40,547 nt of DNA, taken from the NCBI GenBank assembly GCA_035292425.1, contig DATDQD010000096.1, forward strand, positions 1 through 40,547, in the 5' to 3' direction. Source of the DNA: Bacteroidota bacterium. GTDB taxonomy: Bacteria; Bacteroidota; Ignavibacteria; UBA10030; SZUA-254. Below the pieces are notes generated by a model. The model worked only from the letters and a program-made list of their open reading frames with translations, made no database searches and was not told the DNA's origin. A program made the translations under genes and the position numbers. The first letter of the stretch is position 1, and every line of letters begins with the position of its first letter. Positions 16,787 to 26,583 of this stretch are shown piece by piece.

Positions 16787-19348
16787 CTACCTGAGGAGGA
16801 TCAGTTTTTTCATCTCCACGAAACTTCCCACCCGAAGTTTGTACACATACACCCCGCTGGTTGCCGGCAGATTCCTGTTATTTATACCATCCCACCGTGA
16901 GACATAATTACCTTCCGGCAGGTTAGCGGAAACCAGCGTAGCGACTGTACGGCCAAGAAGATCCAATACCGTCAGTGTGACATCCCCGTTCGCGTATTCG
17001 GGTGGTATGGTGTAGGCAATGATCGTCGACGGATTAAATGGATTCGGATAATTCTGCATGAGTACCGGTCGGGACGGATACGATCCGTTCCCCGGTTCCT
17101 GAAAACCGGTCAGGAGGGTATGTCCCTCTCCGAGAGAATTACCGCTGTCCCCGGCGAGATACAGGTTGACGAAATCGGGACGAAACGACGGCGGCCGGGA
17201 GTACAGCGTCTCCCATGTTTCATCGGTCAACCTGCGGAAGTTCGTACTCACGTGCTCGTAATAACTCATGACGGGTCCGACGTACGCACAAGCGCCCCCA
17301 TCCGGTTTCTCCGCAATCCACGCCCCGAGGTTTACCGGGCCGGTTCCGCCGTGGAGCACCCATCCCACGATATTCCCCGCGGGATCCGTCGGTGCGGTGT
17401 GAACGTCTGCAACGGTAAAGTCCTCCTCCCTCATGGCATTTTCGTGATCCTGGTAGAATAACCGCGGATACCAGCCGTCATACTCAAGTCCGCAGATAAA
17501 AACACATCGCAGCATGGTCCTGAGGAACGATTTCTCGGCCGCGTCGAGGGGAGTATGCAGGAGTTCCTTCTCAGAGATGGCTCCGAGCGTATCGGCAACA
17601 CCCCGGAGATGCTCGAAATACCCGACAATCATTTCGATTTGAAAACCGGAAAAACGATCTTCACTGAATTTCGCGGCACCAAGTTCAGCGTACGATTTTA
17701 CCGCCCGGTAGAAGGACGGTATCGGCTCAACGTAACTTTCCGGGAAGGAACAAACGATCCCGCCGGAGTATGATTGTTTCGCGTAGAGCAGATTGTCGTG
17801 TCTGAGCTGTGACCACGACGCCAGCTGCGTATTCATTTTTTCCTGCCACCATGACGCGGTCCTCATAAAGGCCGGAAGCGCGGAACGCTCCGCCGGCGGG
17901 CCGAGCTGACGGATCGCGTTGAGCCACGCGTTGTAGAAGGTGCTCCTCCAGAATTCCGGCTCATAGGAGTCGACGAGATAACGGACTGCCGCAAGGTTCG
18001 GGCTGTAATGGTATTGTTCCAGTTCATCTTTCAAGAGCTGGGCGGCAGCGTCGTTTCCCAGGGCAAAAAGGATATCGAGAGTTTTGGGAAGCATGCGCGG
18101 GACCTTCGCACCCTGATACCGGATTTTATCGTACACCACCGCACCGGTGGTGTATGAATCGATGACAAATCTCTGACCGAGGAGAAGAAATGAAGCGGCG
18201 GGTTCGATGCCGTCGGGAGAAATCCCATCCGACATCAGGATCTGTGAATTGATGCGTTGGATCGCATACGAACGCTTCCGGAGTGTATCCTGAAACGCCC
18301 TGAACGTGGTCACATCAAGAAGGTCGCTTGCCGAATCGATCCCGCCCGCTTCAGTGAGCATGTTGATATTCGGAAGGGTCACGTTGTCGGATTCGCCGAC
18401 AAAGAAACGTATAATATTGTCGATCTCTGCGACTCTCTCCTCTCCGCCATCGAGTTCAGCCAGCTCCGAAATCAAAACCGCGTCGATTGCCTGCCGTTGT
18501 ATTTCGGCCTCGCTCTGCGCGGGCGTGATGTTTGCGGGTGCGATCAGATACATTTCCGTTCTCCCGAGCCACATCATCGACCTGAAATACCGCGCGAGCT
18601 GGGGAAAGTTTTCGCTCGTGTAATGGCCCCTGACCGTAAACTGGCTGAAATCCACATATCTCTCTGTCCCGGAGAAGAGGGGGTACGTCGCCATCTGTTC
18701 CGCGTCGATGAGATCCAGCAACCTGTCAACTTCGGCGGCATTATCGATGAACACCGGGTGCACCTCCGGGTCGAGAAGTTTCAAGGCGACCGTAAGATAA
18801 ACATCGACATCACGGAGCGACGCCCTCATCGCCGGGAGGTGAGAGTACTTCTCCGCGATGTCATTGACACGCCCGTGGAACTGCCTGAGAAGAGTGTCGA
18901 TTTTATTATAGAGAAAATAGACTTCCGCCGTCTGGAGGATCTTATCGTACGATCTGTGGATTGCATGGAGGATCGCGTCGGTGGATACAAAGACAGGAAG
19001 ATCGGCTTTGTAGATATCAATGAGGGCATCACCGAAAGATTCCCTGCTCAGCCGTTCGGTGACGACGAAGCCGTGCTGCCCGAGGAGCTGCAACTCATAC
19101 GGGGTGAAGTTATAATGTGCATCGATGGAATCGAAGTATTCCGCAGTAGAGTACGATACGTCCACTGCCCGCTGGAATTTCCCTGCATCGTGCAGAGCGA
19201 GTAACCCCTCCGCCGTAAGGTTTTTCGTGCGTTCGAGGAAATCCCTGAAGGCCGGCTCCGAGAAAGGCTCTTCGCCCTGGCCTGCGGTGATGGTGGGGAG
19301 GAGAGTCGAGAACGCGATGAACATGATCAGATTTTTCATCTTTTTCAT
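16787..19348 (-). CDS. T9SS-sorted large secreted protein, probably of the DUF3160 family
   Basis: The T9SS CTD is at the C-terminus (QNYPNPFNPSTIIAYTI...VYVYKLRVGSFVEMKKLILLR). The central FTVRGHYTSENFPQLARYFRSMMWLGRTE stretch is recalled as DUF3160-like. I set the start at 19348 (MKKMKNLIMFIAFSTLLPTITAG signal peptide, GGGAGA Shine-Dalgarno) rather than the track start at 19420. Confidence 0.6.
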   Translation of the reverse strand: MKKMKNLIMFIAFSTLLPTITAGQGEEPFSEPAFRDFLERTKNLTAEGLLALHDAGKFQRAVDVSYSTAEYFDSIDAHYNFTPYELQLLGQHGFVVTERLSRESFGDALIDIYKADLPVFVSTDAILHAIHRSYDKILQTAEVYFLYNKIDTLLRQFHGRVNDIAEKYSHLPAMRASLRDVDVYLTVALKLLDPEVHPVFIDNAAEVDRLLDLIDAEQMATYPLFSGTERYVDFSQFTVRGHYTSENFPQLARYFRSMMWLGRTEMYLIAPANITPAQSEAEIQRQAIDAVLISELAELDGGEERVAEIDNIIRFFVGESDNVTLPNINMLTEAGGIDSASDLLDVTTFRAFQDTLRKRSYAIQRINSQILMSDGISPDGIEPAASFLLLGQRFVIDSYTTGAVVYDKIRYQGAKVPRMLPKTLDILFALGNDAAAQLLKDELEQYHYSPNLAAVRYLVDSYEPEFWRSTFYNAWLNAIRQLGPPAERSALPAFMRTASWWQEKMNTQLASWSQLRHDNLLYAKQSYSGGIVCSFPESYVEPIPSFYRAVKSYAELGAAKFSEDRFSGFQIEMIVGYFEHLRGVADTLGAISEKELLHTPLDAAEKSFLRTMLRCVFICGLEYDGWYPRLFYQDHENAMREEDFTVADVHTAPTDPAGNIVGWVLHGGTGPVNLGAWIAEKPDGGACAYVGPVMSYYEHVSTNFRRLTDETWETLYSRPPSFRPDFVNLYLAGDSGNSLGEGHTLLTGFQEPGNGSYPSRPVLMQNYPNPFNPSTIIAYTIPPEYANGDVTLTVLDLLGRTVATLVSANLPEGNYVSRWDGINNRNLPATSGVYVYKLRVGSFVEMKKLILLR

Positions 19349-19548
19349 GTCGGTCTCCCTATGTCGTCGTACAACTGAGGTGGGTATGAACAAGGTAATG
19401 GAATTATTCCGCAAGGTCAAGAATCATCACAATCCATTTCTTAATTTTGGATTTTTGGGGGGGCGGACAAATCACCAGGATTGATGTAAAATGGGACAAT
19501 AACGTGGTATGAATTTTCGTCCGGAAACTCCCGGATGGACTCGCCCTA

Positions 19549-19576
19549 TTGACCCCAAATTATTTCTTTATATATT
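19549..19576 (+). promoter_or_regulatory. Sigma-70-like promoter candidate for the giant gene
   Basis: TTGACC (19549-19554), a 16-nt spacer, then TATATT (19571-19576), about 55 nt upstream of the ATG at 19631, inside a 282-bp divergent intergenic region. Confidence 0.3.
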
Positions 19577-19630
19577 GCCGGAGATCCCATCAGATCAGCG
19601 ACGCCCATCACGAACGAAAGGTCAACCCCC

Positions 19631-22600
19631 ATGCGGAAGACTTTGTTCTTTGCACTCCTCCTCGCCTGTATCCTGAACCAACCGACCGTTGCGCAACAAG
19701 GCCGGGAAGCGGTCTCTCCCCCGGATCAACCGGGCCCCGACAGATTCGAAATGCACGAAGTGGACGGGGTTTTCGCAATTGTACGTTCCGCGGCGGGTCC
19801 GTACCGTTCGATCGACGATCTGCCCCCCCTTGTTCGATCACGATTGAAGGATACCGCTGCGCCCCCGATCGATCGGACGACGATAAATTCCATCGCAACG
19901 ACATTCCTCGTCTCCGACGCGAGCGATGCTCCCGACCCGGACCTCAATGACGGACTCTACGCTCCGCCCACACTCCGCTCCGCGATCGATAACGCCAATC
20001 ACCTGGGAGGAGCCCACGCCATCGTGTTCGCGCCGGGCCTGACCGTCATCCAGCCGTTATTGCAGCTGTCGGCCATTCAGGGTCCGGTGAACATCGATGG
20101 AACGGTCGCGGCGGGAAAAATCATCCTGGATGGGTCGCTCGGGCCGGTCAATAGTTTCGGCCTCCTGCTCGGGGGAACATCGACGGTCCGGAACATGCAC
20201 TTCAGGAGCTGGTCCAACCTGGGGCTGGCTCTCAGCGGGGGAGCTGCAAATTCCATCATCCAGAAAAATGTATTCTCCCTCAACAATATCGGTCTGAACG
20301 TAAATTCGGCCAACACGTTGATCGGAGGAGAAAATCCGGACGACCGGAACCTCGCCTACGGGAACATGCAGGACGGCATCGACGTCGTCTTTGCCGACGA
20401 CAATACCGTCCAGCACAATTTCTGCGGGACCCCGGACGGCCTCACGGCAAATCCCAACGCCTCCTCCGGGGTCTACGTGATGGGCCAGCGCACGCGCGTC
20501 CTGGGAAACCTTCTCTCCGGAAATAACGACCTGGGTCTTGAGATCAGTCAGTATTCCGTCAACACCCTCGTGCGCGACAACATCATCGGCGCGGATTCCT
20601 CGCGCCGGGGAAGGTTGCCGAACAACGGCGACGGCATCAAGACCTTTGCCTTCAGGGATTCCATCATTAATAACGTTATCACCGGGAATGCGTACGGGAT
20701 CACCATGCTGGGCCAGGCCGCCGAAACTTTCATCCACGGGAACATCATCGGTCCGAACGGAACCCTCGACAGCCTGTTCGGGAACCTGTACGACGGCTTG
20801 CAGATCCTCGGAGCCAACGCCGTCATCGACAGCAATATCGTCAGCGGCAACAAATACAACGGCATAAAGATCACCGGACACGGCGGGGCGGTCGTCCGGC
20901 GCAACATGATCGGCACCGACCCCACCGGAACGCTCGATTGGGGCAATACCATCGCGGGCATCTTTATCCTGACGGACACCAATACCATCGGCGGACCGTC
21001 GCCCGGCGATCGCAATGTCCTGTCCGGCAATGACGGCGCCGGGATCGAAATGTACGGCGGCATTCAAATCGTCATCGGCGATACATCGACCCGAAACTAT
21101 GTGCGGGGAAACGTCATCCAAAATAATCTGATCGGCACGGATATCACGGGGACCCTCAGTCTGCCGAATTATACCGGTCTGTTCATGAACGGATATATCG
21201 ACAGCAACTTCGTACGGAACAATCTCATCTCCGGCAACCGTAATCACGGCGTCTGGACGCGGCGGACTCCCTCCGCCCCCTCCCGCAATCTCTTTCAGGG
21301 TAATCGTATCGGCACGCAGGTCGACGGCATCTCGCCGCTCCCGAACGACAGCGCGGGCGTGATGATCGACAGCGCCGACGTCAATCTCATCGGCGGAGCG
21401 GACGAGGCCGATGCCAACATCATCGCGTTCCATCAATTGCCGGGCATCGCGATCAAGGCTGGACGGGGAATCGCGGTCATGCGAAACTCCATTTTCGGCA
21501 ATAGAGGCCTCGGCATTGACCTTGGCAACGACGGCCCGACGCTCAACGACTCCGCCGATGTTGACAGCGGGGCGAACGGCCTCCAGAACTTCCCGCGGAT
21601 TACCTGGCTCGACCCGGCCGGCGGTTCGACGACCGTGAAAGGACACCTCCGCTCCCTGCCGGAAACGGATTACCGTCTCGATTTCTACACGAACGACGAA
21701 GCGGACACGACGGGCTTCGGCGAAGGGCAGACCTTTCAGTACACCGTCGACATCCACACCGATACGGGCGGGATGGCCACCTTTGAAGTGATCATCCCGG
21801 GTGCTCATGGCCGTGTGGTCGCCACGGCGACCCATCCGGACCTCGGGACTTCCGAGTTCTCAAAATCGCTGCTGGTCGTTAATTCCGTCGCCGACCGGCC
21901 GGCCGTAAACCCCACCGGCGGCACCGCCGCCACATCGGGACCGCAGGTCAACGGTGTCCCGGAAGTGACGCTTCGGTCCGCGATCCAGGCGTCGAACCAC
22001 ATCGACGGCGAGGACGACATCGTGTTCAATATTCCGGGCCCGGACCCGTATTTCATCCAACCGCAGAGTCCCTACCCGGCCGTCTCGGGTGATATCGTCG
22101 TCGACGGCTCTACTCAGCCGAATTACGATTCCACCGCAGTTCCCGTGATCCGACTGCTGGGATCCGCCGCCGGGCCGACGGCCGACGGCCTTCACCTGAT
22201 GGGAGAGCTCTCGTCGGTCCGTGCGCTCCACATTTCGGGCTTCCCCGGGGACGGGATCCGGATGGACGGCGGCCACCTGAGGCTGACCTGGATGACGACC
22301 AGCGGCAACAAGGGTTGCGGCGTCCGGGCGGCGAAGGATGTCACGCTCGCGGGCGCGTGCATCTTCAGCTCCAACGGCCCGTCGACCGACCTGGGCTCGA
22401 TCGAATGTACGGCGCCCGACCTGGCCGGGCTTTGGCTGGCAGGGCGGCTGAGAGGGAGTGGACGGGTGACCGCCTCGGGCAATTGCGGTTCGGGAATCCA
22501 CAACGACGGATTGGCGGACACCGCGGAGAGCTGGATCGACCTCGAAGCCGACGTCACGACGGACGACAACGGTTTGCACGGGATCTTTTCAAGCAACGAC

Positions 22601-25279
22601 GTCACGCTGAAGGGTGATAAATTCGAGTTTCTCTCCAACGGTTCGCCCGCCTGGCTCGGCGCGGGAATATATCTCGCCGGCGGCCAATTAATCATCGATG
22701 CCACGGGGACGGCGGATACACTTCCGATCCGGGCGAACGGCAATTCCCTCCACGGAATTTCCTCCTACGTCGGACCCGTAACGCTCAAAGGGCGGTCCCA
22801 GTTCAACAACAACGGGGCGGGTGTTTCCGAGGTACGCTGTTTCAACAACGTCATCACCGGGCTGGTCGCGGAAGGGAGCATACACGCGAACACCATCGAG
22901 GCGATCGGCAACGGGTACGACGGGATCAGGGCCGGCCGATCGCTCTTCGTGGACGGCGACCTGACCGTGAAAAACCAACCCGGCCGGGGAGTCTGGGCGA
23001 TCGACAATATTCAGCTCGATGGCGCACAACACCTGCTGGAAAACAACCGGGACCAGGCCATGTGGGCGGCAAACGGCTGGATCGACGTGAAGGGCGTCCT
23101 GACGGTCAGGGACAACAAGATCGGCGGACGGCACGGAAGGGAGAGCGGGCCGCCTGACCTGGCCGACGCGGTCGTGGGTGCGGTGCTTGCCTACCGGGAT
23201 TTCAGGGGGGAGGACGTGATCATCGAGAACAACGAACCCGCGGGACTTTCCGCCTGGCGGGATCTTCTGATACGCGGAAACGCGACCGTCCGCCACAACG
23301 CCCTTCGCGGCATTTTCGCCATGGGTACGGCGATCCTCGAAGGGGAGTCGCACATCATATCTGACAACGGCGGCGACGGTTTCTCCGTCAACAACGGGAC
23401 GATCCAGGTGACCGGCCGCCTGGTCGTCGAGAGAAACGGGGCCGATCCCGGGCTCGTCCCGGCCGGCGAAGGTTACGGAATCAACGCGCAGATCGTCGAG
23501 ATCCGGGACGCCACGATCCGCGACAATGCGCTCCACGGCGTCGTGGGATACACGAAGATTCTCATTCAAGGCCGGGGTATCATCACCGGGAACGGCGGCT
23601 CCGGCCTGGCATCAAATCATTTCGTATCGATAGCGGGGGGACGCGTCTGCGACAACGCGGGATATGGCATCCTTTCACCGGTAGTCCGAATGAGTGGAAC
23701 GCAGGTCTGCAACAATGGGGTGGGAGGGATATCCGGGAGGGTTGCCGGTCCCGCTCCCGGCCTGTCTGCTGCGTTCGCTCCGTCTGGGGCGGCATCGGCC
23801 GCCCTCTCCGGCAGTATCGTGGGGGGCAGTTCCATCGACGCCAACACCGGAGACGGCATCGCGGTCGATAATCTCCTGCCGTTTCAGATCTCGGGGTCGA
23901 ACATCTTCGGCAATACCGGTTTCGGGGTGAACAACGAGGGCCCCGGGCCGGTCATCGCCGACGGAAACTGGTGGGGTTCGCCATCGGGTCCCGGGGGAGC
24001 GATAGGAGGATCGGTCCAGGCTTCGACCTGGTTATCAACACCGGTCGCGATCTACGCCGGCACTGCGGTCGATTCCGTCTTCGTCCTGCCGGGCGAAGTG
24101 GATTCTCTCCATCTCGCCGTCGCCAATTGGTCGAATCCGGAAGATTCCCTCTCGGTGAGCATCGCCGACGACAATGGATGGATTACGCCGGTGGTCTCGC
24201 AGACCGTCTTTCTGCAAGACTCGACCCCGGCTGTGATATCCTCCCCGTTCAATATTCCGCCTGCGGCGAGCATTGGAGAGGTGTCGCGCGTGGTTATTAC
24301 GGCCGGATCGCTCTCCAATCCGGGTCAAACTGCTGCAGATACGTTCCACTTCGTGGTCTACCAACCGGCGCTTTCGGAAGTGACAATCCTCCGCGATACA
24401 TCGGTCGCTTATCCGGGCGACACACTGCATCTCGCCGCCATCGGCTTCGATCAGACAGGGCGCGAGTGGCCCCTCATCCCGCAATGGAGCGCCGCTGGGG
24501 GCACGATTACGACCGAAGGCGTCTACATCGCGGGCCCCGACACCGGCATGTTCATCGTCGCCGTGAGCGATTCGGTCACGACACTGGCCGACTCCGCTGT
24601 TATCCGGATTCTGCAGCCGGCAGAGAGTTTTACGCCTCCCGTGCTCGGCCTGAGCACTTCCTCGGTGGCGATGGGAGATGTCCCTGTCGGGACGCGGGAT
24701 TCGGTGCCGGTTTCGATGACCAACACGTCCGGCGATATCCTCCGGATCGATTCGATCCGTACCCGCACCGCCCACTTCAGCGCGATCTATTACCCGGACG
24801 TGACGCAGCTTCGCCTCGGCGATACACTGGAGCTGTTGATCGAATTCGCCCCGGATTCGATCCGGTCGTACGAGGACACCCTATTCATCTTCAGCAACGC
24901 AACGGTCTCCCCCGCAATCGTGTCGATAAACGGCAACGGCGCCGTTACCGGCGTGGCCGCGGAGGACCGGGGCATCCCGGCGACATACACTCTGGAGCAA
25001 AACTACCCGAATCCCTTCAATCCGGCCACAACGCTTGCCTACGGAATACCGACCCGCAGCAGGGTGACGCTGAGAATCTACGACGTCCTGGGACGGGAGG
25101 TCATCACGTTGGTCGACGACGTTCTGGACGCAGGGTATGGATCTGTCCTCTGGAACTCCGTCAACGGACACGGGCTCCCGATATCCAGCGGCATCTATTT
25201 CTATCGTCTCGATGCCGCGGGCACGACAGACGTTCACACGTCGTTCACGCAGGTGAGGAAGATGCTGTTGTTGCGATAG
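19631..25279 (+). CDS. Giant (1882 aa) T9SS-sorted protein with two CSLREA-type plus right-handed parallel beta-helix modules, Ig-like/choice-of-anchor-D-like domains and a CTD
   Basis: Signal peptide MRKTLFFALLLACILNQPTVAQQ. There are two TLRSAI(D/Q)..N motifs (PPTLRSAIDNANHLGG and VTLRSAIQASNHIDGEDDIVFNIPGP). Many PbH1-like NxxxGNxxxGI repeats are present, plus QNFP...GEG...ATATHPDLGTSEFS and a NWWGSPSGPGG cap. The C-terminus reads QNYPNPFNPATTLAYGI...GIYFYRL...KMLLLR. Confidence 0.85.
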   Translation: MRKTLFFALLLACILNQPTVAQQGREAVSPPDQPGPDRFEMHEVDGVFAIVRSAAGPYRSIDDLPPLVRSRLKDTAAPPIDRTTINSIATTFLVSDASDAPDPDLNDGLYAPPTLRSAIDNANHLGGAHAIVFAPGLTVIQPLLQLSAIQGPVNIDGTVAAGKIILDGSLGPVNSFGLLLGGTSTVRNMHFRSWSNLGLALSGGAANSIIQKNVFSLNNIGLNVNSANTLIGGENPDDRNLAYGNMQDGIDVVFADDNTVQHNFCGTPDGLTANPNASSGVYVMGQRTRVLGNLLSGNNDLGLEISQYSVNTLVRDNIIGADSSRRGRLPNNGDGIKTFAFRDSIINNVITGNAYGITMLGQAAETFIHGNIIGPNGTLDSLFGNLYDGLQILGANAVIDSNIVSGNKYNGIKITGHGGAVVRRNMIGTDPTGTLDWGNTIAGIFILTDTNTIGGPSPGDRNVLSGNDGAGIEMYGGIQIVIGDTSTRNYVRGNVIQNNLIGTDITGTLSLPNYTGLFMNGYIDSNFVRNNLISGNRNHGVWTRRTPSAPSRNLFQGNRIGTQVDGISPLPNDSAGVMIDSADVNLIGGADEADANIIAFHQLPGIAIKAGRGIAVMRNSIFGNRGLGIDLGNDGPTLNDSADVDSGANGLQNFPRITWLDPAGGSTTVKGHLRSLPETDYRLDFYTNDEADTTGFGEGQTFQYTVDIHTDTGGMATFEVIIPGAHGRVVATATHPDLGTSEFSKSLLVVNSVADRPAVNPTGGTAATSGPQVNGVPEVTLRSAIQASNHIDGEDDIVFNIPGPDPYFIQPQSPYPAVSGDIVVDGSTQPNYDSTAVPVIRLLGSAAGPTADGLHLMGELSSVRALHISGFPGDGIRMDGGHLRLTWMTTSGNKGCGVRAAKDVTLAGACIFSSNGPSTDLGSIECTAPDLAGLWLAGRLRGSGRVTASGNCGSGIHNDGLADTAESWIDLEADVTTDDNGLHGIFSSNDVTLKGDKFEFLSNGSPAWLGAGIYLAGGQLIIDATGTADTLPIRANGNSLHGISSYVGPVTLKGRSQFNNNGAGVSEVRCFNNVITGLVAEGSIHANTIEAIGNGYDGIRAGRSLFVDGDLTVKNQPGRGVWAIDNIQLDGAQHLLENNRDQAMWAANGWIDVKGVLTVRDNKIGGRHGRESGPPDLADAVVGAVLAYRDFRGEDVIIENNEPAGLSAWRDLLIRGNATVRHNALRGIFAMGTAILEGESHIISDNGGDGFSVNNGTIQVTGRLVVERNGADPGLVPAGEGYGINAQIVEIRDATIRDNALHGVVGYTKILIQGRGIITGNGGSGLASNHFVSIAGGRVCDNAGYGILSPVVRMSGTQVCNNGVGGISGRVAGPAPGLSAAFAPSGAASAALSGSIVGGSSIDANTGDGIAVDNLLPFQISGSNIFGNTGFGVNNEGPGPVIADGNWWGSPSGPGGAIGGSVQASTWLSTPVAIYAGTAVDSVFVLPGEVDSLHLAVANWSNPEDSLSVSIADDNGWITPVVSQTVFLQDSTPAVISSPFNIPPAASIGEVSRVVITAGSLSNPGQTAADTFHFVVYQPALSEVTILRDTSVAYPGDTLHLAAIGFDQTGREWPLIPQWSAAGGTITTEGVYIAGPDTGMFIVAVSDSVTTLADSAVIRILQPAESFTPPVLGLSTSSVAMGDVPVGTRDSVPVSMTNTSGDILRIDSIRTRTAHFSAIYYPDVTQLRLGDTLELLIEFAPDSIRSYEDTLFIFSNATVSPAIVSINGNGAVTGVAAEDRGIPATYTLEQNYPNPFNPATTLAYGIPTRSRVTLRIYDVLGREVITLVDDVLDAGYGSVLWNSVNGHGLPISSGIYFYRLDAAGTTDVHTSFTQVRKMLLLR

Positions 25280-25437
25280 TATCAGGCAGCCTGCCGGGGA
25301 GTGGTCGATCGGCAATACCCGGAGGGACCCCGGATGGGGTTGGCCGAAGATCTCGCCCGGGGCGAGAATATGAAGTCCATCCGAGGGCAAATCCACCCTC
25401 TTGAATATCGCCTGTCCCCGGCTTATATTAGGTCACC

Positions 25438-25659
25438 ATGTCCACAGACCCGAAACCCCACCCCAATCACAAGGAGTACATTCGAATTCTACGCCGGATG
25501 ACATCGGAGCAGCGACTGCTCAAAGCATTTGAGTTGACGGACCTTGGGAGACGCCTTTTCATGGATGGCCTCCGCCGCCGGCATCCCCGGCTCGCCGGTC
25601 AGCAGTTACGAGCCCTCTACCTGGAACGCCTCTCCCTATGTCACAACAGGAATTATTGA
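25438..25659 (+). CDS. Small (73 aa) helical protein, partner of the downstream nucleotidyltransferase-fold gene
   Basis: An ATG-initiated ORF whose last 22 nt overlap the next gene. It is basic and predicted helical (EQRLLKAFELTDLGRRLFMDGLRRRHP). No family was recognised with confidence. Confidence 0.5.
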   Translation: MSTDPKPHPNHKEYIRILRRMTSEQRLLKAFELTDLGRRLFMDGLRRRHPRLAGQQLRALYLERLSLCHNRNY

Positions 25660-26201
25660 AACGGGTCATCCGCGCGCTCGAGGATTCCGGGTGTGAGTAC
25701 ATGATCACCGGTTCCTTCGCATCCAGCCTGCAGGGCGAACCACGTCTCACGCATGATATCGACCTCGTCGTCCTCATTCCGCCGGAGGCCATCGACAAAC
25801 TGACCGGCCACTTCCCGGCCCCGGATTATTATCTTGAGGGAGATCAGATGAAAGCGGCGATCAGGGAGAGGACCATGTTCAGTGTCCTGCACATCGCCGA
25901 GGGAGACAAGGTGGATTTTTGGATGATGACCCCGGATCCCTTCGACACATCGCGATTCAACAGAAAAATACGAGAGAGTGTCCTCGGGGGGAATCTCGTC
26001 GTCTCGGCACCCGAGGACACCATTCTCGCGAAACTCCGATGGGCCAAACTCTCGGGCGGCAGCGAGAAACAGTATCGCGATGCATTGAGGGTGTATGAAG
26101 TTCAGCGCGACCTGCTGGATCTTGTTTACATACAGGAGTGGGCGACAACGCTCGGCGTGGAGGCCGACTGGGAACGGATCCGCCGGGAGGCGGATGTATG
26201 A
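25638..26201 (+). CDS. Nucleotidyltransferase-fold (MNT/AbiEii-like) protein
   Basis: The N-terminal minimal-NTase signature is ITGSFASSLQGEPRLTHDIDLVV (G-S ... D-x-D). The C-terminal helical region is EDTILAKLRWAKLSGGSEKQYRDAL. Its ATG lies inside the 3' end of the 73-aa ORF. Confidence 0.6.
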   Translation: MSQQELLKRVIRALEDSGCEYMITGSFASSLQGEPRLTHDIDLVVLIPPEAIDKLTGHFPAPDYYLEGDQMKAAIRERTMFSVLHIAEGDKVDFWMMTPDPFDTSRFNRKIRESVLGGNLVVSAPEDTILAKLRWAKLSGGSEKQYRDALRVYEVQRDLLDLVYIQEWATTLGVEADWERIRREADV

Positions 26202-26234
26202 GAAGAAGTCAAATGGCAGAACTGCCGGATAACG

Positions 26235-26262
26235 AAATGGCCCGGATATCCCGGGCCATTTT
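26235..26262 (+). terminator. Rho-independent terminator candidate
   Basis: A perfect 11-bp stem AAATGGCCCGG / CCGGGCCATTT (26235-26245 and 26251-26261) with a 5-nt loop atatc, ending in a short T run, 34 nt after the stop at 26201. Confidence 0.6.
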
Positions 26263-26583
26263 CGCTTGGTAGCGGGGGCAGGCTTCATCCTGCACCTACA
26301 GACTGCCATTCGGATATAGTATGTACAGAATATTTTGGAATTTGAGTGCATTCTGCTCTATTGATACTCTTTATACGTTTATTGTGCACCACCGTTAAAA
26401 TGATTACTTTCACTCATTCACTGTTCCTACTGCCACGCTGTGAAAGGAAGGGCTCTCCGCAGTGTCGAACCTTCATTTCTGCCCCGCCATCGGTCTCTCC
26501 GATGATATTTTATTCCTAAACTGCTTACCCTCTCACCCATCGGATCCATCTTGTCATTTCCCCCCTGAGCGCAGAACAGGCCG

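Noticed and set aside
18257-19204. 315-aa plus-strand ORF
   Set aside because: It is antisense to the DUF3160-like T9SS cargo gene, and no motifs are present.
20057-24775. Long minus-strand ORFs inside the giant gene (20057-21835, 592 aa; 21860-22579; 22192-22743; 22688-23569; 24035-24775)
   Set aside because: They are antisense to the 1882-aa beta-helix gene. The repetitive GC-rich codon pattern suppresses stops on the opposite strand. Their composition is Arg/Asp/Gly/Val-rich, with no signal peptides or motifs.
23971-25404. 477-aa same-strand alternative-frame ORF overlapping the 3' third of the giant gene
   Set aside because: It is extremely Arg/Gly/Pro-rich. The overlapping frame instead encodes recognisable Ig-like domains and a T9SS CTD.
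25653-26351. 232-aa minus-strand ORF
   Set aside because: It is antisense to the nucleotidyltransferase-fold gene and runs through the terminator hairpin. No motifs are present.
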